Of a stretch of 64,000 bases of DNA, positions 26,255 through 40,419 are shown one piece after another. Made by a program: the position numbers and the translations under genes. This DNA is from Octopus sinensis (lineage: Eukaryota): NCBI RefSeq assembly GCF_006345805.1, contig NC_042997.1:122884001-122948000 (forward strand). Reading direction: 5' to 3'. The notes beneath the pieces were generated by a model. It did no database searches. It saw nothing but the letters and a program-made list of their open reading frames with translations, and was not told the DNA's origin. The first letter of the stretch is position 1. The number at the start of each line of letters is the position of its first letter.

Positions 26255-26295
26255 AACAAAGTATATGATGACTTCTAGTAATGTTTATGATATAT

Positions 26296-26328
<33 letters not shown>

Positions 26329-26367
26329 CATAAACATTACTAGAAGTCATCATATACTTTGTTCAAT
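26251..26367. repeat. Perfect 40-bp inverted repeat separated by (TA)n
   Basis: Arms 26,251-26,290 and 26,328-26,367 have no mismatches. Confidence 0.97.
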
Positions 26368-29300
26368 ATGCCGCCTTTGCGAAAGTTTAAAGATTGTGTG
26401 ATGTCAGAAGTGACACTTCATATTGTTTTCCTTGGCGCATTACTTAGCAGAGTGCACACATATAAACCATCACATGCACCATATCTATAACATAAGTATG
26501 TAACGTAATTCTGTGAATTCATATATCATAATGTGTAGTAGAATTGTGATAAAATTCAATAAATAAAATTCATGTATTAATATTATTTATATTTCGAAAA
26601 ATAAACCTTTCATATTTTCTAGATATACTTTAATAAAAAGTATATTATTTTACATAGATCATTTATTATATGCATTATATCTAGGTAATATATACATTAC
26701 GTAATTGTAAAACAAATCAATAAGTTTAGAAGTTGGTATCTGAAAATCGTGATTTCGAAATACATAAAAAAAAATACCATTTCGCAATATATTATTGAAA
26801 GTGTTTTTCATTATGTAATGGGCAGGGTAATTGTATTAGAATAATTTTCTTAACGGATTTAGAAAATACATGGTCATCACGTCGTTTAAGACTGACGCAA
26901 TTATTATCATATATGTTTTGTTACAAAGTCTAGTGTGACTAAATTTGTATAAAGTTTTGGCACAGAGAACACTACCTATAGAGAAATATATCAGTCAATG
27001 CATTGTCACGATCACTAATTTTAAAAGGGACTTAAGTTCAAACATTCCACCTATAAATTATATGCACATTTGTACATTTTCCACACTTTGCAACTAATTT
27101 CTCCTTTCTTGCGGGAAAAGCGAGTGTTTATTGTTCTAATTCCCGATAAAGCGGAAGCAGATCAAGTCATGATCATCTCATATCTTTTTATATCTATGAA
27201 TAAACTACTCAGTTTATCTTTCGTTCTGAACATTTATAGGAGTGCGTTTAAGGAGATGTGTGTGCTATTTCTAATAGGTCTATCTCTCACGTAGAAGTCT
27301 CTTTATTTCTTCAGCACACTACTAGAACAAACACACAAATTACACTTCAGAAACGGGTTCCCCGAGTAACATAGCTGTTATTCTAGGAGAATAAGTTGGA
27401 CCCAATAAAATCACTTAATATTCAGCTCAAATTGTTATTACAACCAAAAGTGGACAGGAATAGGAGAAAAGAGAAATGAAACGAAAGTACAAGACGTAAC
27501 AAGGAAAACAACTTAGATGGAAATGGGTCGATTAAATCCATTGTATAAAGCACATATATATTTGGTTTTCTGCCAAGATAAAGCAATCATGGTAAACAAA
27601 TTTTATTCATTTTATACAGTTTGTAGATCATAACCTCTGCAAAAAAATGAACAGGAATTTTTCGTCAATGTCTGATGGTTAAAACGATGTTAAAATGATT
27701 AACATTAAAAGCAAAACAAAAAGTACAACAAAGTATCGCGTATGAAATTACTCCGAAGGTAATGTTTTATAAGTAGGCAAGAGAAAACTTCTGTAACACC
27801 CAAACATCATAAAAATAGCTTGAAGGAAATTGATTGATTGTGAAAAAATAAAATATTGTCATCAATAATAATCATAAAATCATAAAATAGAAACGTATGA
27901 GACAATGGGAGATCAAAAAATAAGTCCGAACATCAACAATACAGCGTATTCCCACAACTGTTATGTAGGAAAGTAAATAATACAGAAGCGAAGAAAATAA
28001 AACATTAATTCATTCAAGGATTCGAAAGTTCAAAATGAATAATTCAAAATTGTAAATATAATCTAACAAAAGATATTATTCATAGCTATAATCAAATGAC
28101 TGGAAAACATATATTTATTTGGAGAAAGAGGGTCAGCTGAAATTAAAACATTTCAAAACAGTTATTCAAAAATAGTAATTCATTTCGTGTGATTAGCATA
28201 CTAAGTATTAGGTTTAATATATATTTGGACAGCAAAATAAATTTTGAAATGTTTTCTTTCTTTGAATAGGAACAAATTTAATTTCAAAAGGGAGGCGTGT
28301 ATTTGTAGGTTGATTTAAAATGTTAAATCGAATATCATATCTATACTATCAGACGCAGAGAACTGAAATGAACTATCAAAATTACAAAACAATCAGCATA
28401 AACCTCTATTAATTTAACTTGAGCATCTCTGTTAATTTTCGTTTATTTTTTCTCTCCTACCGTTATTTCTCCTCTGCCTTTTATCAGTTTTGTCAATCAT
28501 ATATTGGCGCTTTCTGCATCCCTATCATACATTTAAAATGTGAGAAGGAAAATGTATGTATGTGTGCGTGTGAGTGATTGATTATGATTTTATATGTGTG
28601 GGTAACTTTAGCTTTTTGTGTCTATATGTAACAATGTGAGTATATGTATATATTTGTTTAAATAATAAGAGAAGACAAAATGTGCAACCGATTTGTTACA
28701 TACTTTTGTACATTATTTTATAAAGTGCAGATAATATTTAGGAAGCAAAAAGACCTTTCCAAATATTCAAATACCAAATCCGTGTCTATCATTAAAAAAA
28801 TAGAGATATCCACATATTGCCATTCTACTAGTAAGAATGTGACCTGAATACATCGTTCACACGATCTGGCCAACATTCATGAAATAAAATCACTTGTCTC
28901 ACAAAATGGAACTTATGTTTTACCAAACGACAACTTATTAGTTGGCATGTAGCAAATTCGCCGAGGTAATTAGCATGCGCAAAGAGCCTAAATACATAAC
29001 TCAATGTATTGTATTCTCCTCCCTAATGAAGACAACAAATCTCCACCTTATGGATGTGTATCATTTTTCTGTTTGATTGTGAGTGTATAAACAATATTCC
29101 GTAACTACTGAAGCCAGAATACATGCAGACTAGAAATGGCATTGGAAGAAATGAGTTAATTTTTTAAAATCCAGTATTTACTCCTTGTTTCCTGTCATCC
29201 ATTTGCAACGCATTAGGTATCTCTTCCATATAAGTGAAGATTATGAAAAATATAGATTGTTGCCCTATTGTCACACACATTTACTTTTTACCTCGTAGAG

Positions 29301-30517
29301 TATTCGCTCTTAAGTAGCGGAAAACTCACTCTGCACTTTAGATGCCCCTAAAATATGTCCACTGAACTTACGAAGTCAATATGACTGATATTTGTCATTG
29401 ATTTTTGGGGGGGATAATTCAACTTTACTGCTTATTCATGAAGAAAACCATACAAATTGTTTGTAGCAGATTTTACATGGAGTCATATTAGGGTTTGGTA
29501 GAAATGAATCTTGAAGAATAAGAGGTAAAACTCATGTCTGCATGAGGAGAAGTAGCTAATATAAGAATAACAATGTGGCAGTATGCCACTTCCTCCTTTC
29601 GGTTTTCGATTAAATAGGGTAACTAGTGGGTGGAGTCTTTTAGATAATCTGTAACCGTTGTAATCGGTTGCAGCAACATCTAAATTATTTGAGCACTGCA
29701 AGTATTAAAAAGTTATGTAATATTTCTTACTAAACAGAATGTCATTCACTTATGATGCAGAATGAAGTATATCATATCTGTATGAATGATATGATGGATG
29801 TCTTGACGTTGCTGAGACTTAAATTTATAATGTACATAGATATGAATGATACATAGTTTTATATTTGGGATTACATTACAAATCTTAATTAAAAATTCTA
29901 GAAAGTTAATATTCGAAAAGGTTGTTGCATCCCTGAGAACCGGTTCATTATTGAAAGTGAAATCATACAGAAAGCGTATGTCAGTTTTCAGGTGTTAATT
30001 TCCAAGTTAGACAATCATTTGTTTTTTCTAGTATCAATTGGGAAGCTTCTGCTTTTCACCAGAATTAAAAATGAAGTAAATCTCTTGTGTTCCTGTCGCA
30101 ATTTGTGCTATGGTCTCAAAGAAGCAAAACATATTGTCTATTTAATTTAAGTTGGTTCTGGACTGCAATACTATAGCCTAACATATCTTTCATATTTTAG
30201 TGACCGGGCAGACTGTGGTTGTGAGATGGAACAAACTATATTTTAATCAATACGCTACTTTAAGATATAGAACACAATTCTATCGCAATAATTTGCAAGG
30301 GAAATATTTCTGGTGAGAATTTTAGCTAACAGGATATCCTGAGCTTTGGATGAAATTTTCCTTATCAAACTATGCTGGAATTTAGACTGAATATGGTTTC
30401 GCATGTTGTTTGCTATAAATGAATAGCAGTTTAAATTATATCTTGGAAACAAGAATTTTGTAAAATTCCAAATATCCGTCTCAGGTAACTGGAGCATAAA
30501 AATTTATTCTTTTACAG

Positions 30518-30563
30518 TCTAGATCAGATGGATTTGTAGCAAGCTGCGTGATGAATGTGATGG
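30518..30563 (+). CDS. Candidate 46-nt exon (SRSDGFVASCVMNVM+G)
   Basis: Acceptor ttattcttttacag, donor TGG|GTAAGA; only phase 0 is open. Confidence 0.4.
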
Positions 30564-30812
30564 GTAAGATACAAAAGGGCTTTTCGCGATGAATAAAATA
30601 ATTGCGACCGTGAGTATTTTCTTACGGATCCATATCCACGGCCAACATTTATGACAAATTTCCTGCATAATTCACTTATAAAAAGCAAAACTTTCTCATA
30701 CCTGCCATCATGTACCTGCAAAAATATGAAACATAGGGTGCTATCTCGGCACTTCAGGACTGCATAGACACTATGATAATTATCCGAGACAATTCCACCT
30801 ACTTCTTCTGAT

Positions 30813-30855
<43 letters not shown>

Positions 30856-31301
30856 TCTCTCTTTCTCTGTCACAGACACACACACACATAGATATGAAAC
30901 AGAAAAAGGATTACAAATATAGGTGAATACTTTATACGCTCACGGTAGCGATCAAATTTGGCTGACTAAATTGTTCAGTGAAAACCATTGAGATTTACAT
31001 AGGCCGTATAATTATATTCTGCTCCATGTCCATTTTGTACCATCGAAACATCGAATAAATTTAGGAAAGTCACAAAGCATAGCTGCAAATACAAAATAAT
31101 GGAGATTTCTAATCATCTTACGCGTCTCGAATTTATTGGCAAACACCAGAATTCTGCGAGGCAGTAATTATGCATAATGATCTATTCCGTATTTGGTCGA
31201 CTAGGTTTGACATAAAGAACTTAATCTCCATATGGGCCTTGTCAAAGCTATACGTCCTTGTTTAGGATGGAGAACATTTTATGGCAGACAGATAGTAGTA
31301 C

Positions 31302-31589
31302 GTGGAGGAACTTGGCCTAGTGGTTAGAGCAGCGGACTCGCGGTCGAGGGATCGCGGGTTCGAATCTCAGACCGGGCGATGTATATGTTTATGAACGAAA
31401 CACCTAAGATCCACGCGGGTCCTGTAGAAAGTAATGGCGAACTTCTGCTGACTTTTCGCCACAACTTTCTCTCACTGTTTCATCTTACATCTTGCAGCTC
31501 ACCTGCGACGGACCGGCGTCCTGTCTAGGTGGGGAAACTGGGAAACCGGCCCTTATGAGCCAAGCGTGGCTCGAGAAGAAACAAACGGG
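31302..31589 (+). mobile_element. tRNA-derived SINE (third family) with V-domain-like core and 9-bp TSD
   Basis: A box TGGCCTAGTGG (31,313), B box GGTTCGAATC (31,357), core ctgcgacggaccggcgtcctgtctagg; TAGTAGTAC at 31,293 and 31,590. Confidence 0.85.
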
Positions 31590-31920
31590 TAGTAGTACCA
31601 CTGATAGTATTTAACAAGTTTATAGGATAGGAATAAATTTCAGCAGGGCCATATCGGAATTGTATTTATCAGAAGAGGCTGGAATTGTATTTATCAGGAC
31701 AGCAGCTTGATATAAATTGATATTAAATTTAACCTGTGAATTTGAAGATTGTTTATGGCAAAAGTTCTACCCTATTTAAACCCTTACTCTGTGTGGTGTG
31801 TGTGTGTGTCTGTTTGTGTGTATGCGCGTGTCTGTGTACACACACTACACACATACACATATTTATATATATTTCTATACATACATACATATGACAGTAA
31901 TAATACACACACACATATAT

Positions 31921-31930
31921 GATAATAATG

Positions 31931-31998
<68 letters not shown>
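31921..31998. repeat. (TAA)n microsatellite
   Basis: Direct reading. Confidence 0.98.
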
Positions 31999-31999
<1 letters not shown>

Positions 32000-32545
32000 G
32001 ATGCAAATAGGCCAGACATCATATTGAAAGACTTCAGACAAAGAACATGCCTCCTCGTTGATATGACTGTCCCAATCGATATAAACGTATCTGTCAAGAC
32101 CTACCAAAAATTGAGCAAATATAAAGATCTTGAAATAGAAATCAGCAAAATGTGGAAGCTGAAGACTAAAACAATACCTGTTGTCATAGGTGCCCTGGGA
32201 ATGATAGCGAAAGGGACTGATTGCTACCTAACTCAGATACCAGGAAACCCCAAAATGGCAGAAATTCAAAAGATAGTGCTCATGGGAACTGCTCATATCC
32301 TACGCAAAATACTCTCTATGTAATCCCAAGGTTTAAAACAAACTTTTTTTATTTTTATTTTTATTTTTTATTTCTCATTTTTTAAAATTTTATTTTTATG
32401 TATTAGACATTCACTAGTACAACACCCCCCCCAAAAAAAAAACCCAAATATATGGCACAGAACTTCCAACCTGTTGTCTCTTGAGGTCTCTGGGTGAGAC
32501 TTGGAGCCAACTTGTACAGACATGAAGCAAAAGTCAAACATAGAA
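31999..32545 (+). mobile_element. 5'-truncated R4/Dong-type non-LTR retrotransposon: restriction-like endonuclease C-terminus, 3' UTR, (TAA)n tail
   Basis: RPDIILKD...LLVDMTVP...KLSKYKDLEIEISKMW...IPVVIGALG motif; ORF stop at 32,323. Confidence 0.85.
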
Positions 32546-32917
32546 TAATAATAATAATAATAATTATAGGGAATATAATTCCAACCTTATTACCATTACA
32601 GACCTGATGAGTGACTATATTTTTAAATAGAATTAATTTTAGATCGATTTAATTTTAAATCGAATTTATCTTATTATTATTATCTTTTCAAAATATAGCC
32701 AAGAAACACGCGTAGTCAATTTACTACTATTTATTATTTATTGTTTATGTACTTTATTGATTTTTAGAATAAGGTTTTTATAGTACATTTATTTTTTCTG
32801 TATAGTGTGAATAACGTCTTCCACTATTGAATTGCTTAAGAGAGGTTTTTCACTCAATCATATATGTATATACATACACACACACACACACACACGCACA
32901 CACACACACACACACAT

Positions 32918-32957
<40 letters not shown>

Positions 32958-33141
32958 GATTTCATATATCTACCTTAAACGTTATTTCTATAAATGAAAA
33001 TGTGCAGAGGAATAATGTAATTTACAACACTACAATTCATATTTGACATAACATTTTGTATGCAATTAACATATAACAGGAAATGCGTAGCTGGTATAAT
33101 GGAATAGAATCATTCCATTGTTAAATATTTTTTCCTGACAG

Positions 33142-33167
33142 GTGGATTTAATCAGTGCAAATTTTGA
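33142..33167 (+). CDS. Candidate terminal exon (GFNQCKF* if phase 1, or VDLISANFDDALRGGSFTPM... to 33,261 if phase 0)
   Basis: Acceptor atttttttcctgacag; phase 1 is compatible with the exon at 30,518. Confidence 0.3.
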
Positions 33168-34859
33168 TGATGCTCTCCGAGGAGGATCATTTACTCCGAT
33201 GAATAAAGAGCGGAAAATTCCAAAAGCAAATAGATTCTTGTCTGCAAAACAAACTCAATAGTTTAGCTGTTGTGTACAAAGATATATCTTGACTATATAT
33301 TTCAATAGTAACTAGGAAGTGTGACAAGGAAAGAGGTTGCCGTTGTTCATGGCACTTGTGTATCTACACCGACTGAAAATGAATTAGTAAATGTAATTAA
33401 GATAACTGAGAAAATTATAGTACCGATTGCTTCATTCAGCTCTGAGGTGTTGGAATTTATGATCGATATGTCGACAGTTAGCAAGCAGACAAATTGTCGG
33501 TTGTCGGAATGAAATCACTATAAATTGGTGTCAATTATTAATTTACACCATTGTAGTAATAGAAATATCGTATACCATGGCGAAAATAGGGCATTACTCT
33601 GTACTAACGATCTGTTGTTAATGACAGGGGCATTCTGAGAAAATTAAGCCGTATTAGCGTCTCCCTAATGGCGTGTATGTATACGAGTTAACATGATCGG
33701 TTGACAGGAGGAAAGATGTTGTGGTGAAGGTTATGAAGTGAAGTTATTAATGAGGAGAATGCAACATGTCTTTAAACACATTAAAGTCTATTTAGTGAGA
33801 GATAATTATCATAGATATATTTCAGTTTATTTGATAAAATGAGGGTTTCGTTTTCGTTGAGAAAGAGCATTTTTATAAAAGACCAGATGATGAAAAAGCT
33901 GTTTGAGTGATGAGATATTTCGAAGTACCGAAACGTATTGCATTCCATTGTCGATAATTAGGCCGCGTCCATCATGAAACACAAAAGTTAACCCGATGCA
34001 TTTCCGCAGCAGTAATTTTGAATGAATTCATGTTGTTGATCTCTGGAAGCGTGAGATATATCGTAAACATACTTATGTGGATAGAATGGTTTCTGACCTT
34101 TCATTAGCTGTCTAGTATGCGCCAGATTTTAGACACATTTCCGAAGTTCAAATGTGTGTGGATCACCGGTCACACTCAAAGACGTCTATATATGTTCATG
34201 TTCGTGTATTCAAATGATAGTGGATCACCGGTCACAGCTGACATGATGTGCCCGATAGCTGTGCAGTGCAGATATGTAGTATGTTAGCGTAATAAAAGAG
34301 CGATGAGAATAACCAATTGTCGCGAAACTTTGCGAAATGCAAGTTTTGCAGATAAAAATTATCTTTCTACATTTTGAGTGTATGTGTGAGGGCCAGGAAT
34401 GCGAGGGAAGTTATTTGCAGTAAATCTGACAGTATTACCTCAATTATAGTTAGAAATAAATTCATTTATACGAATGGCGTTGAAACCATAAATACACACA
34501 TATAAGCGCACGCGCAAGCAACACAGACACATATATACTACGTGCGCGCGTGCACACTCATAATATTCATGTGATTACAAATGAATGAAGAGAACAATGA
34601 GCATACGTTTGACATGGAGATAAATTAATCTCTAGTAAGAATTTGAATCATAATTTATTTATTTTGATTATAATATATTTATTTTGCATGAATGATATTT
34701 TAGTAAAGCAAATGTAAATGATACAATTAATAGAATTATAAACAAACAGACAACATACATAGACATGAAGAAGAGCAAAGGTTCGGAGGATATTCTTTAT
34801 TTTATATCATCACAATTGTTTCCACACACCGTCACACGGTAGTACAATGGTGAGATTAT

Positions 34860-34922
34860 ATTGTTAATATATCGTTAATATATTGTTAATATATTGTTAA
34901 TATATAATTATATTGTTAATAT
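34860..34922. repeat. 11-bp tandem (ATTGTTAATAT), about 5 copies
   Basis: Direct reading. Confidence 0.9.
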
Positions 34923-35559
34923 AATCCCTACCACCATCAAAAGTGGAATATCTTTTCTGCAGCAGATCTATTTGTATAAGTTCTTCGGCAGATCAGACAG
35001 TTATTATACTCTGATCAAGAATGAAGACCCGAGAGAGAGTGCTATTTTGCGTAATTTGCAGCGAAAACTACCTCCACAGCCAAATGACAGTCTAAACAAA
35101 GTTTAATCAAAATACAAAACACAAGATAACAGGCACAGACACAAAGCGCTCCCATCTCTAGTTAAATATACAATGCAATTATATCTCCACGGTCAGAATA
35201 TCAGTAATAGTAATATTAGTATAAACAAAATTAATAGTGAAAATAAGCAGTTGGTGATAAAGTAATAAAGTGGTCGGCACTGATCATTTCTGCCATGTAT
35301 TTGAAAGAACCCACCTCCGTACTAAAAGTAAGCATTTGGGGCCATTCTACATAAGAATCTGTCACTTTAAAATGTTTAATTATAATTGGCTAACAGCTAT
35401 AATATTTTTAAAAGACACTTAGGAAAATAAGTTACTAGGTAAACTGCAGAAATATTCTTTCATATTTATAGAATGAACTGTATATAGTTTTAAGCTATAT
35501 TTGTACATGAATTTATGTACAAATATTTGTACATGAATTTATGTTGCAAGATTCCTGAT

Positions 35560-36340
35560 GTTAAGTCATGTGTTGAAACAAAATAGACAAAAAATATCCA
35601 TCCCAATATATGACAACACCTGTTTCAGCACACTGTTTCACATCAGGAATCTCACAGCACAAATTCATATACGTATGTGTCCCAGCATAATAGCAGCATC
35701 AAACCAGAATTTCCACGACGTTCTCGCTCGAACTGAACAACATAAACTTCACTCACTCTTTCATCCTGTCCCACCCGATGCCACTATACCACGCCTCACC
35801 CCATCCTCCTCGATTGACTAGTCCCCTCTTTCTCACTCCCACCCTTCAATTACTCTCCCCTCCCCCATACAACTTCCCCTCTCTCCCCTCCTAGCCGTCC
35901 ACCTCCTCCAGCACACTTCCAGCGCCTAACTTCCCCTCCTCCCTATTTCAGTCTGTTGGTACCATTATTCCTAGTCTCTCCCTCAAATGGAGCGCTCTCT
36001 TCACAGAAGAGTCCTGCGATTCCTTTCCCTCATTCCGTCCAGTTACCAGTTTCATCCCCTTTATGCGCCGCGTCGGGATACATACACTATTCCAAAACAT
36101 CCCACCTGTATCTAATGAGGAAGACTGCTTCACAGAACTCACGGTTGACCACCCCACTAGACGCCAGCTCCTGGCCAGACTCAAGCAGTTGATCTCTTTG
36201 CAAACATCTGCCCAAGCGTTGTGGTCCGGCTCATCTTTCGCAGGTGTCCCCGATATTTCAACATCTTCTCGGCCGAAATATCGGCCCTTCGATATCACAT
36301 TTGTAGAGATGAGCTACATTTGGAATAAAAATGCAATTCT
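35560..36340 (+). mobile_element. Degenerate N-terminal region of a Penelope-like ORF
   Basis: Frameshifted motifs SVGTIIPSLSL, ERSL..R.LRFL, RRVGIHTLF and (W)TPAPGQTQAVDLFANIC resemble the pre-RT region of PLEs as I recall it; ends before the RT core. Confidence 0.5.
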
Positions 36341-36385
36341 CCGCTTTACCTTCAAGCATTCATTTTTGGAGACAATCCTTTAATG

Positions 36386-36421
<36 letters not shown>

Positions 36422-36599
36422 ATGCGTGTGTGTGTGTATGTGTGTGTGTGTGTATGTGTATGTGTGTGTGTGTGTGTTTAGGAACATATCAATATTTTAT
36501 TGTGTATCGTCGATCACGCCTCTTTCAATTTCATGTTTTTGCATTGCAGAACATTAGTATAAACTTTCACTTACAAACTAGAAAACCACGCAACCCTCA

Positions 36600-37690
36600 G
36601 AACATCTCAATGCCACACATATACATCTGAATACTTACAGAGATGAGCATTATATTTCCGATATTTGAATTATATTTAGAATACAAAATGTACCGTCTCC
36701 GCTTTTCGTTGTAACATTCAATTTTGGTGGGAATTTTTTGATAAAAGGTAGTTCCATTGCTTTTTGTTATAGGATCGCCCCGTGCACATTTGTAAAAGGG
36801 ACAAAATTGAATTTTCCTTCGCTGCATATTTCTAGATGCTTACTTGCGGAATTCCTCTTGTCAGATATGTTTCCTGTGGATCCTTTCACGTTGGCAGAGA
36901 GAATCATTAGTTTCGCCAATGTAATTTTATTTTCATTTTGGGCAAGTAATGCAGTATATGATGTTTTGCAGTTCATATCTACATTTATATTGAAAAGGGA
37001 TCCGCTATTGAAATTTATGTGGGAACCACTTAACCATGTATTTGAATTTGCCGATATTGTTGTATATTCCACATCTCCTATCGTTCCATTCTCTTACCAA
37101 AATTTCCGATTCATTCTCTGATTTGAATTCTGCCATCGTGTTGTGTTTTTTAAGAGTTTTTGGCTGTCGTCAGCTATTCCGTAAGGTGTTTTTTTTTCAA
37201 TCAGATCTTCCGTTTTGGGGCGTTATAGGAGTATAGGTAAGATCGATTTTATGGCATGAACGATGTTCATTATATCAGGACTGTATGTGTTACTGAACGG
37301 AATCGTGTTTTCATTAACTTTTTCCTTAGGTGTCCGTAGTTGGGTGTTGTTCAGTTTCATCGTATTTTTAATTCCCTCATTAATTAAGACTGAGGGGTAT
37401 TTCTGCATGGTAAGGTAGCTTTGAATTCGTTGAGTAGGATTTTACTTATTTTGGGGTCATTCACTATAGCACAGATACGTCTTGCCATGCTGTATGGGAT
37501 GTTTCTTTTGATGTGAGATAGATGGTAAGAGTAGAAATTTAAATATTGGTGTGTGTGACTTTTTCTCTAAAATATTCTCATGTGACTGTGGAGTTTTGTC
37601 TTCTCATGTCGAAATCCAGGAATGGTACTTCATTGCATGCAACTCGATTCTCTATTGAATTTGATAGATGGGTGAATGTGTGTTCAGTAT
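36600..37690 (-). mobile_element. 5'-truncated degenerate Penelope-like element (RT C-terminus plus GIY-YIG endonuclease)
   Basis: PSIKFNRES..EVPFLD; YLNFYSYH..HIKRNIPYSMARRI; IPFSNTYSP; MNCKT, IIYCITCPK*K*NYIGETND; FIKKFPPKLN. Multiple stops and frameshifts. Confidence 0.85.
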
Positions 37691-37695
37691 ATTGT

Positions 37696-38459
<764 letters not shown>

Positions 38460-38469
38460 ATATATATAT

Positions 38470-38875
38470 ACAAAATATGGATTTTAGTTCACAGTTGATC
38501 TAAACGACCTGGTACACTGGGTATGTGTTGTAACTGATTACCAGAACACCAAGCTCATCGCCGAGACAGGAATTACAGGAATTATGGAACCAGTGTAGTT
38601 TTCCGATACACCAAATATATACACTACCGGAAATTTGAACCGTGAACATTTATGTTTCTGTTTTTCTGTATTTTTGTATTTCTTTTTTCTCCTGGCCTTT
38701 ATCTAATCGATCACATAATCTATACCCTTCGCATTTTCCCTATTTGTCTCCGATGACAGAATATTCCGTATTCCTGAATATTCTAGAAACAGCTGTAAGA
38801 CTAAATTTTTCTAATAATGATAACGTATATGACTTGAAATGTTTGTATTGCTTTAGCGTTTGTTGTCTTCTTTAA
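38470..38875 (+). mobile_element. Penelope-like terminal repeat between (TA)n tracts
   Basis: Contains the HHR below; bounded by microsatellites. Family assignment is inferred from the HHR type. Confidence 0.5.
38746..38801 (+). ncRNA. Type I hammerhead ribozyme, U4C variant
   Basis: GUCU CCGAUGA c AGAAUAUUC..GAAUAUUCU a GAAA CAGCUG U A AGAC. Confidence 0.75.
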
Positions 38876-40419
38876 CAAATATATATATATATATATATGC
38901 GTGTGTGTATGTGTATGTGTGTGTGTGAGTGCGCAGATTCGCGTATCTGTTTATGTATGAACGCATTTATAGTTCTTACATACATGCTTACTATTTTTAA
39001 TATTGATATTTATATTAATATATATTGAGTTCTAAGTCTATGAACAACGAAAAATTACTACAATACTGAAGCACTAGAATTTATTTACATCCGTCTACAT
39101 AGTTTCATGTAATTATAGTTTTCAATTCACATGCATCCAAGTAACTGTATCTATGTGATGCATGTAATAGTTCCATAAACATTTTTTCCTATCAGTCTTG
39201 CGAACAACCCAGTACAATAGAGAAGCATACAACTGCATAGTCACCAGAAGAAACACACGCTGTATGTTAATCAACTCACCAATGTGTATGAGGATTTGTG
39301 GGAACAAAATTGATATGAAATAAAGACTTTTGTTCAATACATTTACTCTTAAACGGATGCGAACAAATGTACGAATGCTAATAATTTCAGATAAGTATCC
39401 AGTAATAGGAGTATCCGCACTGTATGATGATAGTAAGCCATACATGGTGACGACCTTTGTATAGCATGCTATTAAATTTTCTTCAAAATTTTATTCAAAC
39501 ACATGCTTATATCCACACATACATATACGCCTATATGTATGTGTATGTGTGTGTGTGTGTGTGTACATACATGTGTGTATTATGCATGTGGTATGCATGC
39601 GTATTTGTGTTGATTGCCTTCGAGATAAATATCATCTGCGTAGTTTATCTTACTGCCGATATTAATCCACTATAGTTAATTGTCTGTGGCAGATATCCAG
39701 TAGTAATCATCTACGATATATAATTTCTTTAGTTTTGTGAAATGCAATTTTTAACATTGCATTTCATTTCTTTTCCCATTATGCTAATTTAGCGAATGTT
39801 ACTGAAAAGAAATTCATTTAATTGCGTTGTAGACTAACAATATCTAAAGAAGAAATTAGTAAAGAATATAAAGATCGAAATTTTACAGAATTACGTATCA
39901 TAAATGTAAGCATCAGAAACAAATGTCAGCTTAAATAACGAATACATTTAGACAAATATTTCTCTTATATCATCATTGGGACCGATAGGCTACTGGAATA
40001 TCATCTGCGGCGAATAAAATATACACCGGAAAATTCATTGCTTATACAACAACGATAGACGTGTACAATTACGTATATTACCATACATGATCATACAACA
40101 GTCGATATGATTGTTTTCAAATATATAAAATCAAATCTTTTTCTCATATTCATGAGTATTAATGTGTAAAATTAAACGATAATCACGTGATAGTAAGATA
40201 TTATGGTTTGCATATGGCACGAGCATCCATGGCTATTGTATACTAAGGTAATTATGATAACAATTAAAACCAGAGCTCTTCGATCTTGAACCTCTAATAT
40301 ATGTATATAGATTGTTTCCATAAACAGTAATGGTCAATACAAAGTAATGGGTGAAGCTGCAGCTCAGAATACACTGCAAAGAAGAACGGGTCATCTCGAA
40401 ATGACACTTTGTTTTATGA

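Noticed and set aside
33907-33941. GUGAUGA-stem-GAAACGUA minimal hammerhead-like string
   Set aside because: C3 is changed, stem II is mismatched and there is no convincing stem I.
36063-36383. 106-aa ORF as a host gene
   Set aside because: Better explained as one frame of a degenerate Penelope-like N-terminal region.
39122-39445. 107-aa hydrophobic ORF loosely like a Cys-loop receptor M1 region
   Set aside because: Splice signals are inconsistent, opposite-strand frames are equally open, and the diagnostic motifs are missing.
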